A stretch of DNA of 57,178 nt, filler included, from Sphacelaria rigidula (GCA_964200075.2; 7 parts of 7 records of this genome joined end to end with filler, not necessarily neighbours in it); one strand, 5' to 3'. Numbered from the whole stretch's first letter, positions 13,601 to 25,267 are shown. Translations and numbers: made by a program. Notes: generated from the letters alone by a model not told the origin.

Positions 13601-15514
13601 ACATACGACAGAGGGAAACGTAGCAGCCAAGGATAAGGCCGGAAAGCAAATTGATGTATTTTCAGCGAGTAACCACGTCATCCTTCGTTCGTTGCACCTA
13701 ACCGAATCGCTCACAACCTGCTGATCATGACTCGCTGCATTTACATTATTTTAGCGCCAACCTTGTACCTCCCGGAATGCACATCACAGGGTGAACGCAG
13801 CGAATTTGCTACCAATTGGTACACAGGGAGTGCCAGTACGTCTGGGGTGATTTATTCGGGATCGCACACATCGTAGATACCGCACAGGGGTGCTCGTTTG
13901 AAAACACCCCACATCGTCGCTTGTGTTTTGTTCAGTATCGCACATATCGGAGTCATCGCACAGGGGTGCGCATTTAGTACCAGAATCATCCATCTAATTC
14001 CATTTCCGCACAGGTATCAGGTTCATCGCACACATCGGAGTCTCGGCACCCAGTATCAAAAAGGACGACATGACTTGAAAGATGCCCCCACATCTCTCCC
14101 CCGGTACGAGTACACGCCTTGTAACTTGTTATCGCGGATTGGATCAGCACTCTCGCACAACACGAACCCCCGTCAAAATATTATTTCTTCGTTACTCACA
14201 CACGTAGACACAGTCCCGCAAAATAGGAGCAGGCTATGACACTCGACACGCCGAAAACACGCTCATGCAACGAACTGTCGCGCTGTGTGCTGTTGCCAGA
14301 GTTTCTCGTCACCTCTTCAAGAGCCTTCATGGCGGTATTTTCGGGGGCTCCGCCGGCACCTTTTGTCTCCCCGTCTTCCAGGTAACTGATCAGTGTATAC
14401 AACCGTCGGAGGTCTACCCTCTTTTCGGGGGTGGCCGACAGCATCCTACGACACACACGGACCAACAAAAAGAGAAAAACACGGAAAACATAGATGGAGT
14501 GTTGCAGTCGTCAGCGCCGGAAACATTCACTTGTAGACGACAGAACAAGCACCTTCACCCCCCCCCCCCACGAGCTGGTTCGGCGGAATTCCGGCATGCT
14601 CCATCCCGGCTATGAAAGGATGCGAGGCCAATGGTCAGATGACTGTGGCATGCAAGATCATAAATACATCACACTCCCCCCCCGCTCTTCCCTCCCTTCT
14701 CGCGCATAAAAACAGTGTACACCGACATCTTCCGATAAAAAACAGCGATGACGACGACGACGACGACGAAAAGGGAGAAGCGTTCATGCATCACATGTCC
14801 GCGACGACACCGCAAAACGCAGCGGGGCATGCAAGATCGGCTTTCATCGACGGTCCACACCTGTACGCACCGGATGCGGACACGCTAGATGGACAAGGCT
14901 AGATACTGCACGTGAAGTGGGAGCGCTAACTGACATAGCAGGGGTCAACGGAATGACATATTTTTCGTCTGACTCAGTCAATTCAACACTCAATACCTGA
15001 TAGCCGTCGCTGCGCAGGTCAGAGAACTACGCGGATTCCTTCCGTGAAAGGGGTGGGGGGGGAGGGGTACCACGGCTCGTACAACGAAGAAAAACATCCA
15101 CACAACATACATACCTCGGCAGCTGAAGACAAGAAGTATTATGCCGTGTAATACTCAAACACAAAAAACGGCGCGCACGCCGAAAACCTGGCCATAGTCC
15201 TGCTATCTTTGAAGGCAAGCAAATCACCGAGCTCTAGGGGGGGGGCAAACAGACGATTTACCGCCGTTGCCTTGATGAGCTCAGACGTGGAACAAAAAAA
15301 CAAAAAACAGCGAAGATCTCACCCTCTAGCTTCTTCCACCAGCCTGGCGGAATGCACCTTGATCAGGGCCTCCTGAGCGGCCACCAGGATCCGTCTTGCG
15401 GAGTAGGTGCTCACGAAAGATGAACACCGACTAGCTTCCTCCTGCAAATACCTCTCTACCTCTTGGAGATAGCGCGGCACGGACATGTGCTGCAGCAAGT
15501 CGCTGCCGCGGCGG
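10536..15514 (-). CDS. Cullin (CUL1/CUL2-like scaffold of a cullin-RING E3 ligase), partial multi-exon gene: join(complement 15323-15514, 14313-14445, 12779-12940, 12289-12441, 11163-11354, 10536-10628)
   Basis: Six exons, each bounded by AG/GT with compatible phases, splice into one open frame: SVPRYLQEVERYLQEEASRC...DLRRLYTLIS...FTAVLDEACKSFVN...PEWLARYAHCLLDK...LFAYIGDKDIFHKYYSKLLSKRII...SDEAEERMLKNMRK-ISGFEYTSKLQRMFVD. These are classic cullin-repeat and cullin-homology motifs. N- and C-terminal exons were not found in this contig. Confidence 0.93.
11163..11354 (-). CDS. Cullin exon (GFKESKVDEDTREESLDHVGFLFAYIGDKDIFHKYYSKLLSKRII...MLKNMRK)
   Basis: Acceptor GACAG and donor GTATGT; 192 bp. 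It carries the DKDxFxxxYxxxLxKR cullin signature. Confidence 0.93.
12289..12441 (-). CDS. Cullin exon (VYEHYKGLMADSFDG...PEWLARYAHCLLDK)
   Basis: Acceptor CGAAG and donor GTTCGT; 153 bp, phase 0-0. Confidence 0.9.
12779..12940 (-). CDS. Cullin exon (VVRDHVRNVGLGVVKDL...DVVTAMLE)
   Basis: Acceptor AGCAG and donor GTAGCG; 162 bp, phase 0-0. It matches the cullin 'HVxxxGL...YVxxLLE' pattern. Confidence 0.82.
14313..14445 (-). CDS. Cullin exon (MLSATPEKRVDLRRLYTLISYLEDG...KALEE)
   Basis: Acceptor CGTAG and donor GTGACG; 133 bp, which restores phase 0. It matches the cullin 'EDLxRMYxL' helix. Confidence 0.82.
15323..15514 (-). CDS. Cullin exon (RRGSDLLQHMSVPRYLQEVERYLQEEASRC...LVEEARG)
   Basis: Acceptor CACAG and donor GTGAGA; 192 bp; part of ORF 15319..15567. 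An alternative upstream acceptor at 15584 is possible. Confidence 0.82.
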
Positions 15515-15736
15515 CTGTGCGATGGTGAGCCGCGGGGCGAGGACGCGGAGTATGCATACCGGTCCAAGTGAGGCGCGCTTTCTCTACAAAATTAATTCAA
15601 CGTGTGTATTTTGACGAAGCTGAAGCTGACCACGCTTGGAAATATATTTCATGTTTGCCATCCTTGGTGTGATGCGACTATTTCCTCCCTTTTTCCTCCC
15701 CGGAGGAGTCTCCGAGAAGCAACGATGGGAGGAAAG

Positions 15737-16205
15737 GGGATGTACTCATGACCTTGAATGCCTTAGTTATGAAACTATTGACCTCGCACTCCTACATAGC
15801 CAGGACGGAGCACGCCGGTTGTCCGCCCAAATAGGCCCGTAATCACCAAGCGCGGAGCGCCGTGGTGTGTTCGGCGAGTCGCATGAAGGGAGAGCTGCAT
15901 CCTGCTAAGATTGTTCGACCCGAAGCGTAATAATTATCTTGCTTTTAGATGACAGCCTACAATGAGTAGCTTCATTTTCTGGTATCGCCACTTCCAGAGA
16001 CAGCCACAGGTTACACTGCCTCATGGATGTCTCACCAAATAAACACGGCGTAGTATGATCATCCCCTTTCCGCAGAGTTTAGGTTCTCCACCCCGCACAA
16101 CATGATCTAACTCGACCACCATCATGACTACCGCAGAAAAAAACGCAAGCGAGAAAAAAAAACGTAAACTGTCCACCCACTTATATAGTGAATGACATGA
16201 CGCGG
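15737..16205 (-). mobile_element. Copy of unclassified poly-C-associated repeat family C
   Basis: Reverse complement of ~55945-56416 (e.g. CTGGTATCGCCACTTCCAGAGACAGCCA; CTCGACCACCATCATGA). Confidence 0.85.
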
Positions 16206-16367
16206 GAGGGGGGGGGGGGGGGGGGAAAAAAAAAAAAAAATTACCCCCGGAGGGGACGGGGAAAAGGNNNNNNNNNNNNNNNNNNNNNNNNNNNNNNNNN
16301 NNNNNNNNNNNTTAATTAATTAANNNNNNNNNNNNNNNNNNNNNNNNNNNNNNNNNNNNNNNNNNNN

Positions 16368-19070
16368 CTCCGTCTCGAAAGGGATGCGTGGTCAATGGTC
16401 AAACGACTAAGGCAAGCAACAAATGAGTACGCCCCCCCCCCTTCTCCCTTTTAAGGGTTGGCGTTGGTTGGCAACGACGCGGTGAAACACGCCACTCACT
16501 GCGTGAGCTGGGCAATAACCAGGTCCCCCTTTTTTTCCGCTTGCGTTTGTTTTTGTGGTGACATGATGGTGGTCGAGCTAGGTCATATTATGCGGGGTGG
16601 AGAACCTCAACTCCGTGCAAAAGTGATTGTCGTACTACACAGTGTTTGAACAGTGAAACGCTCATGCAATAGTCTGTAGCCCGTAGTTATGTTTGAAAGT
16701 GGCGACACCAGCAAATAAGGCAACCCATTCGAGACCGACATCCATGTGCAAAATACTTGGTACACTTCGGACCGAACAATTTTTGTAGGATGTGTTGGGA
16801 ATTAGAAATTGAGATGAATAAACTTTAGAAATTGAGATGAATACACTTTCAAATATCTCCGTATGTTTAGCGGAACAACTAGTTACGGCTGAGCTGAGAA
16901 GTAGCGAAGTAGCAAAGAACAGAGGATCACGAGGAATGGGATTGAACATTAAAATAATGGCGTTCAACTCCAAAACAGTGCTTTCCCTGACCTACTGTAT
17001 AGTCGTGACACATGAGAGTGATGCTACGGTAGAGATGCACAAATATTTTCCGAGCTTAGAATTGTTAGGAGCCCTTTATCTCATGCAAAACACGACCTTT
17101 GAAAGTATGTGAAAGTACGCCAGGATTACTACTCCAATGTGCTGGGGATATTCCGAATGAATTTGCAAACGGGAATGCCCTGACCCATATTACTGTGCAT
17201 CTATAATCGTTAGGAGCCCTTGAACTAGGCATAATTTCGCGAAAAAGGTGCACCCCTGCCGTAGCATTGCTCATTACTTTCATATAGACAACGCCATGCC
17301 CCCCGATCCCCGTGGAACTATTTTGGGATATTTCTCGTCTTCCGTTTCCCCAACGGGCATGTGTAAAAGCACCATTATCGAGAAAAAAAGCTTCCGTTTC
17401 TTCGCCCCGAAATGGAGGCAAAAGCATTTGGTAACCGAAAAGGCACATTGATTGGTGAACAGGCCAGGCTCAAATAATGTGAGGGCTGTGAAGAAAAGGT
17501 CAGAACGATGTCAGAATGATGAAGAGCATGGTATGAAACGTCTAAGGTATCAACGGCTTGGATGTAAGGTTCTAGAATAGCCAAGAGTTTTGTTGAGAGA
17601 CAAGTTTGAGGCAACCCCTCTTGTTTTACTCTTCAAAGCTACCCATTTCAACAGGACTATCGGCTTGTTATCAATTATCTACGCGTTAAGAAGAAACTGA
17701 GTTTTTTTATTTTGCTTTGGCCAAATAAAAAAGCGCCTGTGTAAAACAAAGCCTTTCCTTTTTGTATTCCCCATCGACAACAACTTTACGGTGACTGTGC
17801 ATTCTCTGTGGAGTATAGACTGTCGACAATACAGTGAAGCCTAGTTCCCTTGCCACTCGAAATTGGTTGAGCAAACTCCTCGTTTCTGTAGAACAGTCAA
17901 ACACTTTTCTCTGCATATCTCATGCAGAGGTGGCGAAATTAGCTTCGGAGAGGCTGCAGCTGACCCTTCATGCGACTCGCTAAGCACATCACGGCGCTTC
18001 GCGCATGGTGATTGATTGTGAGACTTGTCCGGCGAAAACACGGGGTGCTCCGTCCCGGCTTTGTAAGGATTCGAGGCCAAAGGTCTTATGAGTATGGCAT
18101 GCAAGATCACAAGTGCACCCCCCCCTTTGTACAAATCATGGATAGCAAAACTGCGGCCAACAAATAATGAAGCTTCCACATTTTCAAGTCCGACGAATAT
18201 GCAATGAACCGCGGGTGGCCATGATTTACCAGTGGATGCCCTCGGGGTGGAAAAAATTGTTGACGCCTTTCTTAGGCCTAACCTCATTCTTGGAAAACAT
18301 CCCCGGCTGGCAATCCCGCCTAAAAACTTTGGGCGGGGGTGACATATCTCTAGCAGAGGCGCAAGATACCTGATCACATATGAAAGCTAGGTGGGTCGCT
18401 GGGAAGTTGCGGGGGAAATCTGCCTTGGTTAATCACCACGCGTTGCCCAGAGAATGAAGATCATGGGATGTGCGGGGGTTGCTCTGGTAAGCAGAGAGGA
18501 GCAAGCTGCTCAGCTATATGCACTGTAGCGTCGTGATTACCGGAATTCGAGGTCAGCCCTTGATAGTGTTCCGACAGAGGTATAGTGCCCAAAAAGGCTA
18601 CTGGGGGGTGTTCGGATGATATGAGAGCCTTAACAGATTTAAGATAATCCAAGATTGGCCCTTCATGCTCTTTGTTGAAGAGGGTACAGATGCACCCGTC
18701 GACATGCCGAAATTGACAGCAATGTTCTACGAAAGTCCGCGTCACATTTGCCCCCGGCACCCTGTACCGGTGTCCCGGGGCATGTCCGAGATACGGATAT
18801 GGCACGATTGAATCTATCATTTGAATCGGCGAGTTTTTCAAACGAAGTCAAAAGCCTGTCAAGAGCCCTTTTGTTTATGTGATACAACGCATGTGTCTAG
18901 AGCTAGAGCCAGAGGCTGTTGCTGTGGAGTGGCGTTTGTCTGCTCCCAGTTGTGCTATGTTTGAAACGGTAATATTCTCGCCGCACTCTTGACCAACATA
19001 GCACTTCTTGGCGTTTGCCTGCTCATTGCTGTCTCGGCGTGTTCTGTTGATTGCACTTACTCTTTATAGA
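16368..19070 (-). mobile_element. Composite: family C sequence interleaved with a decayed Penelope-like element (putative N-terminal GIY-YIG plus RT)
   Basis: The minus strand gives RVSAIN...AKKCYVGQ (18989-19066) followed by a frameshifted RFKH, then RT-like fragments RRFIPCSSS (17520-17543) and SVPSILHMDV (~16740-16770). Family C homology is at 16368-16793 and 17950-18125. Confidence 0.45.
17016..17272 (+). mobile_element. MITE family B copy (GAG..CTC TIRs, Sola-like)
   Basis: GAGTGATGCTACGGTAG...CTGCCGTAGCATTGCTC; flanks ATGA/ATTA (imperfect 4-bp TSD). Confidence 0.88.
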
Positions 19071-19589
19071 GGTACTATCTATGCTTTCTGTAGAGGTGTT
19101 GCAAGTACCGCCGTTAGAAGTGGTGCCAGTACTGTGCGTACCACCCGATACTCGACGTACTGCTCTGCGCCGTACCCCCTACACGCCACTCGCGGATATC
19201 TTAGCTGCTGTCTGCGAGCTGCGCGTCTGCCCTTCTCGTGGTTTTTGTCGATTATGGTGAAAAAAATGCGTGTGTAGAGCAGGGGGGGGGGGGGGGGGGG
19301 GGGCAGCAAACTTGTATCACTGTAACTCGGTCGCATCCGTCGAAAACCAACTTTTGCAACATTTATGTCGAAACTAATTACGATTGGTTGAGTAGCTGCT
19401 CCGAAGAATAAATGGAAAGCGTAAAAGCTCTACTAACGTGCTCGTCGAGTTCGGCGTTGCCGAACACTGAGAAGAATGCCCAAAATTGTTCCGAGAACCC
19501 GGGGATAGGCCAATTTTATCTCCGAATTGACTATTTTTCCTCTTTGGTGCCAGAAAGTGATGCATTGTGATGCATTGTGATGCGCGTAA

Positions 19590-20715
19590 AGATCTGTGGT
19601 AAAAGAAAAAATCTGGAACGTCCCAGGTGTTCCATTTTCGTAGTCATTGTTGATTTCTGGTGAAAAATGAGTGATTAGGGGGTATCACTCAACGTGCGTC
19701 ATAATACCTAAATCATAACCGATGAACACCAAGAGTGATGCTACGGTAGAGATGCACAATTTTTTTCTGAGGTTAGAATTGTTAGGAGCCCTTTATCTCA
19801 TGCAAAACACGACCTTTGAAAATATGTGAAAGTACGCCAGGATTACTATTCCAATGTGCTGGGGATATCCCGAATGAATTTGCAAACGTGAATGCCCTGA
19901 CCCATATTTTTGTGCATCAAGAATCGTTCGGAGCCTCTGAACTAGAAAACATAATTTCGCGAAAAAAGTGCACCCCTACCGTAGCATTGCTCCCAAATTT
20001 TGGGAGATTACTGTCAAATTGTATTTCGATGGGTTCCAAAAAGAGGGGGGGGGGGGGGATGGTTTACGCCGAGTACGCCGTTGCCAAAAACAAACCTAAA
20101 GGCGGAGCTNNNNNNNNNNTTTGTTTTTTCGTATATTTTTTGGGAATTTTTTTTATATTTTTTTTGGTGTGTTGAAGAAAAGGGGGGGGGGGGGGGGGGA
20201 GTGTTTGCATCGAGTACGGCGTTGCCAAACACAGACTTAATGGCCAGACTTATTCCGAAAACTAGGGGATATGCCATTTTCATCCCCGCTTTATGTATTA
20301 TTTTTCAGCAAAACGAACCATACTAACCCCATGAACATGTGTACCAAAGGAGAAGGTCTGAAACGTCCCAGGTGTTCCATTTTCGTAGTCATTGTTGATA
20401 TCTGGTGAAAAGTGAGTGATCGGGGGGGGATCACTCAACGTGCGCCATAGAGTACCTTAATCGTGACCGATGAGCACCACATAAATTTTGGGAGATTAGT
20501 GTCAAAACGTATCTCAATGGGTTAGAGGAGAAAAAAAGCGAACAGGAAAAAGCTGTCGTCAAGTACGGTGTTGCCAACACAGACTTAGTGGCGAACTTCG
20601 TTCCGAAAACCAAAGGATAGGCGATTTTCATCCGCACGATTTCTTTTTCTGCAAAACGAACCGCACTAATCTCCTCAATATTTGTACCAGAGGAAAAGGT
20701 TTGAAATGTCTCAGG
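19590..20715. repeat. Diverged tandem duplication (~0.4-0.5-kb unit)
   Basis: AACGTCCCAGGTGTTCCATTTTCGTAGTCATTGTTGAT occurs at ~19617 and ~20362; GTTGCCAA..ACAGACTTA..TTCCGAAAAC occurs at ~20221 and ~20570. Confidence 0.85.
19733..19992 (+). mobile_element. MITE family B copy, TSD CCAA
   Basis: ~25-bp TIRs; CCAA on both sides; an uninserted paralogous site lies at ~20468-20497. Confidence 0.93.
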
Positions 20716-21190
20716 TCGCGAGAAATCAACTGTTGCGTCAAGTATACCTTGATTGGAACAGAGGGTATTTTGCCTGCATTTTTTAGTTCAATAGGGCCAT
20801 ACTCCACTGCTACTCCTTCAACTTGGTTTTATTATTCTTTAGTTTTGAAACGCTTATGTGATGGAGGATTAATTTTTTCTCTTTCCGGACACCCTGGGCT
20901 ATCTTCTACGTGCCATGGTTACCATGAACCAGAGTTTTCCCCGTCAGGTGCCTTAAGCGTACCTTGATTGGGACATGTACTTCTAGACAAAACACGCGGT
21001 AGGGGACGAGGGCGTGACGACGATGATGCTGTAATCCCCACCCCGCTATCGTTGAACCACTCCACCCCCCCCCCCCCCCCCCCCCCCCACTTTCCCCAAC
21101 ACCGCTAATTTTCAACTTTGGGGACCTTGACTTCCCTGTTTTTCTACGGAACTCCCGGTCCTTACGAGTAATTGAAATATTATGACAGTA

Positions 21191-21447
21191 GAGCAATGCT
21201 ACGGTAGGGGTGCACCTTTTTCGCAAAATCATGTCTAGTTCAAGGGCTCCTACCGATTCTTGATGCACAAAAATATGGATCAGGGCATTCACGTTTGCAA
21301 ATTCATTCGGGATATCCCCAGCACATTGGGGTAGTAATCCTGGCGTACTTCCACATATTTTCAAAAGTCGTGTTTTGCATAAGATAAAGGGCTCTTAACA
21401 ATTCTAACCTCAGAAAATATTTGTGCACCCCTACCGTAGCATCACTC
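21191..21447 (-). mobile_element. MITE family B copy, TSD AGTA
   Basis: GAGCAATGCTACGGTAGGGGTGCAC...GTGCACCCCTACCGTAGCATCACTC flanked by AGTA/AGTA. Confidence 0.93.
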
Positions 21448-22524
21448 AGTATTCTACTGCGATCTCTTCTTATGATGGTCTTTTCAGGGTTCAGTTGGCT
21501 GGGTCTCGAGCCAAAAGGGTTGAAGATTGCCAGATGTTATATGATTACAATATTAATAACGTGCTTGTAGGTGGTACCCGCAGACCATGTCGCTCAAGAT
21601 AATAGTATGTAGGGCCCTTACTCGTGTACACACAGCACGAAGATCCGGGAAAGGAAAAATGTGAGCTCCAACAAAAAATTCTACTAGGTAGACAAGCAAA
21701 ATTCCAGGTAATAAAGCTGGGGAGGCAGTACTTGCAGGTAGCTGGCACTTCTGCTTCTTTTGTGGTCCCAGACAGTAACCGCATGATATTTTTCTTGTCA
21801 TCCAAAACATCTTATAGCAACCTTTATGTATTTTTCAAAGCTGTTTAAGGGCGAGTTCATGCATCAATCCATAGATCCCGATCAACAAGATCCTTGGAGT
21901 GGCTGAAGGAGATGCCGTCTAATCCTTCCCAGCCCCACTTTTTCCCTCCCCGATCAACACCTCACGTTGCGGGTAGGGCTTACGTTGCGAGCGTGTTACT
22001 ACCGGGGTTGATGTGTTTACAAGCAGAGAAAACCCATCCCCCGGTGGGTCCACGTTTCGGGACGTAGTGTTTGTCAAAACATAATCTACGGGGTGATAGG
22101 TAAGCGGGGTATCCATGAAATGGTATCCAGACAACAGGATGGCGAACCCTCGGAACAGAACATGCACATGCGTGCAATGTATAGTTTATACGACGCTTCA
22201 GACAAGAACCGTCGACTGTCACTGTGAAACTATTGGGTCGCCGACGGGGTGAGGGTAGAGGTCATACAGTTGGCGGGATTTTTGTATTAAGCTTGGCGTC
22301 TAGCCAACCGACGCTGCTGCACCTCTACTTCGGGAGCTCTTTCCACCATGGTCCCTCGATATTTCCGTAGTGGAGGGCACAGCAGCATATGCGCGTCTAG
22401 ACCAAGAGCTGTATTCCTCCTGGCGAAATATCCTTGCTAATACGACTCTATACCGTTTACCGTGCCAAAGCGGACATGTTGAACTTAATAATACGACACA
22501 AGAAGTCTTCGAAAAACTAATGCT

Positions 22525-22781
22525 GAGTGGTGCTACGGTAGGGGTGCACAAATATTTTCTGAGGTTAGAATTTTTAGGAGCCTTCTATCTCATTCAAAAC
22601 ACGACTTATGAAAATATGTGAGAGTACGCCAGGATTACTATTCCAATGTGCTGGGGATATCCCGAATGAATTTGCAAACGGGAATGCCCTGACCCATATT
22701 TTTGTGCATCCAGAATCGTTAGGAGTTCCTGAACCAGACAAGATTTGGCGCAAAAAGTGCACCCCTACCGTAGCATTGCTC
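22525..22781 (+). mobile_element. MITE family B copy, TSD TGCT
   Basis: GAGTGGTGCTACGGTAGGGGTGCAC...GTGCACCCCTACCGTAGCATTGCTC flanked by TGCT/TGCT. Confidence 0.93.
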
Positions 22782-24550
22782 TGCTGTATCCTCCCGTTCG
22801 TTGTTTTTGACGGTGGGGCTCACCTGTACTAGCGCGAAGGCGACTAGGACGACAAAATCCGTCAGTATCTCTAACTCCGATTGGGGAACGATGCAGTCGT
22901 TCGGCAGGCCGAGATAGCACGACAAGCGCTACATGAATTCCAACGTAAAGCGCAGACGGCAAAATAATGGACGTAAAGCCAAACGACGGGCGAGATAAGA
23001 CAGATACGGAAGGGAGTGAATGCATCGGGCTGCAGCGGCACTATTTTTGGTGGGTTGAACGAGTATACGTACGATACACGGATATGGAATCTTGCTCGTA
23101 TACCCTCGTACCAAATGAACCGTGCGTCCGTACGTCCTCGTGAGCCTGGAGCTGGTGGTGTAGCCAACACTCAGATCCAGTAGTATAGCCGAATAACTTC
23201 AAAGCACGCGCCCTGCGTGACCCATTACTCTTCCTTCTTCTCTTTCTTCCTATGACCGAATCCTCCTTCTGGCGTCCGATTTCATTTGACGCTCGACCTT
23301 ACCGACGCACGGAAATCGTTAAAGTGCACAACACAGTCTGTAACAGAAGCCTTTTCTTGCGGACATTCGACGCTTAGATTGCTTAGGTCGGTGTGTGAGC
23401 CTGCTCAACCTCTTCATTCGACGGCATCGCATCATATTTGTTACACCTCTTCTGCTGTTTTCCCTTTGTGTTCGACTTGGTACCATTTGGGACTTGACCT
23501 CGTCGCGCTGGTTTCGTTTGATGATGATCGTTATGTATATACACAAGTCTATATATAGCACCCTCGCGCCCAAGCTTTAAGCAACCCCACGGAAATGGGA
23601 ATCGTAACGAGCGTATCGTCGGCGAAACGCAGCGCGTCCTTTCTCCCGTAGTACAGAGACAGCAGTATACAGTAATGTTTCAAAAGGGTCAATTTTAATC
23701 ATTCATTTTCGCTCCAGGAATCCGAGTACGATAGCTTAAGCGAGAATCGGCCTGCGTGACAGTCTGGACAGACGTCCCCACCGAACAAACAAGCCAGCGG
23801 TTTCTCCGTAAACTCGTGATCGTTACGATCTTGTCCTCCTAGTTCTCACCATCAGCAACCATCCCGCGACCAAGAGCGAGCACCACGCTATTGCCTTGAG
23901 GCCCTGGAGATCGTACGAGTCATGAGGGACACCAGCTGTGTTGCTGCCGGGATGCATTACTGCATGTGTTTATGATGTAGTGTGCTGTTGTTGACCAATT
24001 GATGCTACTGCTCTGCTGCGCTGGACCAAGGCCTATGCGACAGGGCGCGGGAACCAGAAAGATGAGCAGGTGCACACGAAGGCTGCATGTAATGTGATAT
24101 ACATAAATATTGTCGTCGTGGCGACGTGACGTATACACGCCTTCGTATTCACCAGCAAGATTAACACGAGATTACAACAGTACACGTGTTGTATGAGTGT
24201 TGTCCTAAGCGCGTGATACAGCAAGCACTTGTGGCAAAATTATACACCTGCTTACAAGCATGCCCTCTGGGTGCCACTACATATATGACGTAATATATAG
24301 GCGATAAAAACGAAACTCTGGATCCACCGTCAATAGTTTCTCGGGAGGAAAGTTCTGGAGGCGTGTAGTCCTCCCCTCCCCCCCCCCCCCCCCCGCCCCC
24401 CCCCCCCCGCGCGCGACTGCGGGAGAAGTAAAACGTTCTTCGTTTTAAGGNNNNNNNNNNNNNNNNNNNNNNNNNNNNNNNNNNNNNNNNNNNNTTAATT
24501 AATTAANNNNNNNNNNNNNNNNNNNNNNNNNNNNNNNNNNNNNNNNNNNN

Positions 24551-25021
24551 CGTCGTGCAATCCTCCTTTACTGGACGCAATCCCAACATCAGCATCTTGC
24601 TCACAACAAGAAATATCGCAACATGCGCCGTGGTGCAGCAGCCCGCGAACTTCACCGCAACCAGGGACTACGCTTCGTCGCCGATGGTTACGAACTTGTA
24701 CCCTCCAAGACTTGTAAGACGAAGTTCTTTGCAAACCAGCGACTCCTGCCCAACGGCAGCTACCTTTGGTTCAAAGGCAGCGACAACCTTTGGTGGTTGG
24801 GTCAGACCCACACTGCTAACCTGGTGTCGGCCGACACATATATCGTGCGCTTCATCGATAACCCTGGACCCATACAGCTCAAGCTTCGGCCAGCACTTTA
24901 CACCACCAGCCCATCCGCACCCCGCGGATCCTGGTGTCTCCAGCGCCTCAAGTCAAAAGGACTTCGCCGCGGTCTCCAGCGCAACATCGATCACACCCAT
25001 GACGACCACGCCCCGCTTTGA
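24551..25021 (+). mobile_element. C-terminal end of a Ty3/gypsy-like pol (post-integrase domain)
   Basis: Open from the contig start: ...YRNMRRGAAARELHRNQGLRF...LWFKGSDNLWWLG...YIVRFIDNPGPIQLKL...YTTSPSAPRGSWCLQ. I recall this motif string from brown-algal Gypsy polyprotein C-termini. Confidence 0.7.
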
Positions 25022-25267
25022 ACCACGCTTCTTTGTCGCGGCTGTTGCCCCACCCCTATATTTTCCCGAAAGCATTGTGTATCCCCCCCGTTCCCCACCA
25101 GGACCCTCTTCTACTACACCTCAATAGCGCGAGCTACATCGAACAACGATCAAGAACTGCTAACACGACCTCTACCTACGACTACTGAAGCCATAGTTAC
25201 CCCTCCATCTGGCGCTCGATCTCGTTGGATCACCGATTTTCAGATTTTCAGTCTTGCAGATTTTAGC

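Noticed and set aside
19816-22832. Recurring 'ICESTPGLLFQCAGDIPNEFANGNALTHIFVH' peptide as a gene family or Sola transposase motif
   Set aside because: It lies wholly within a 257-bp TIR/TSD-bounded MITE, and stops and frameshifts differ between copies.
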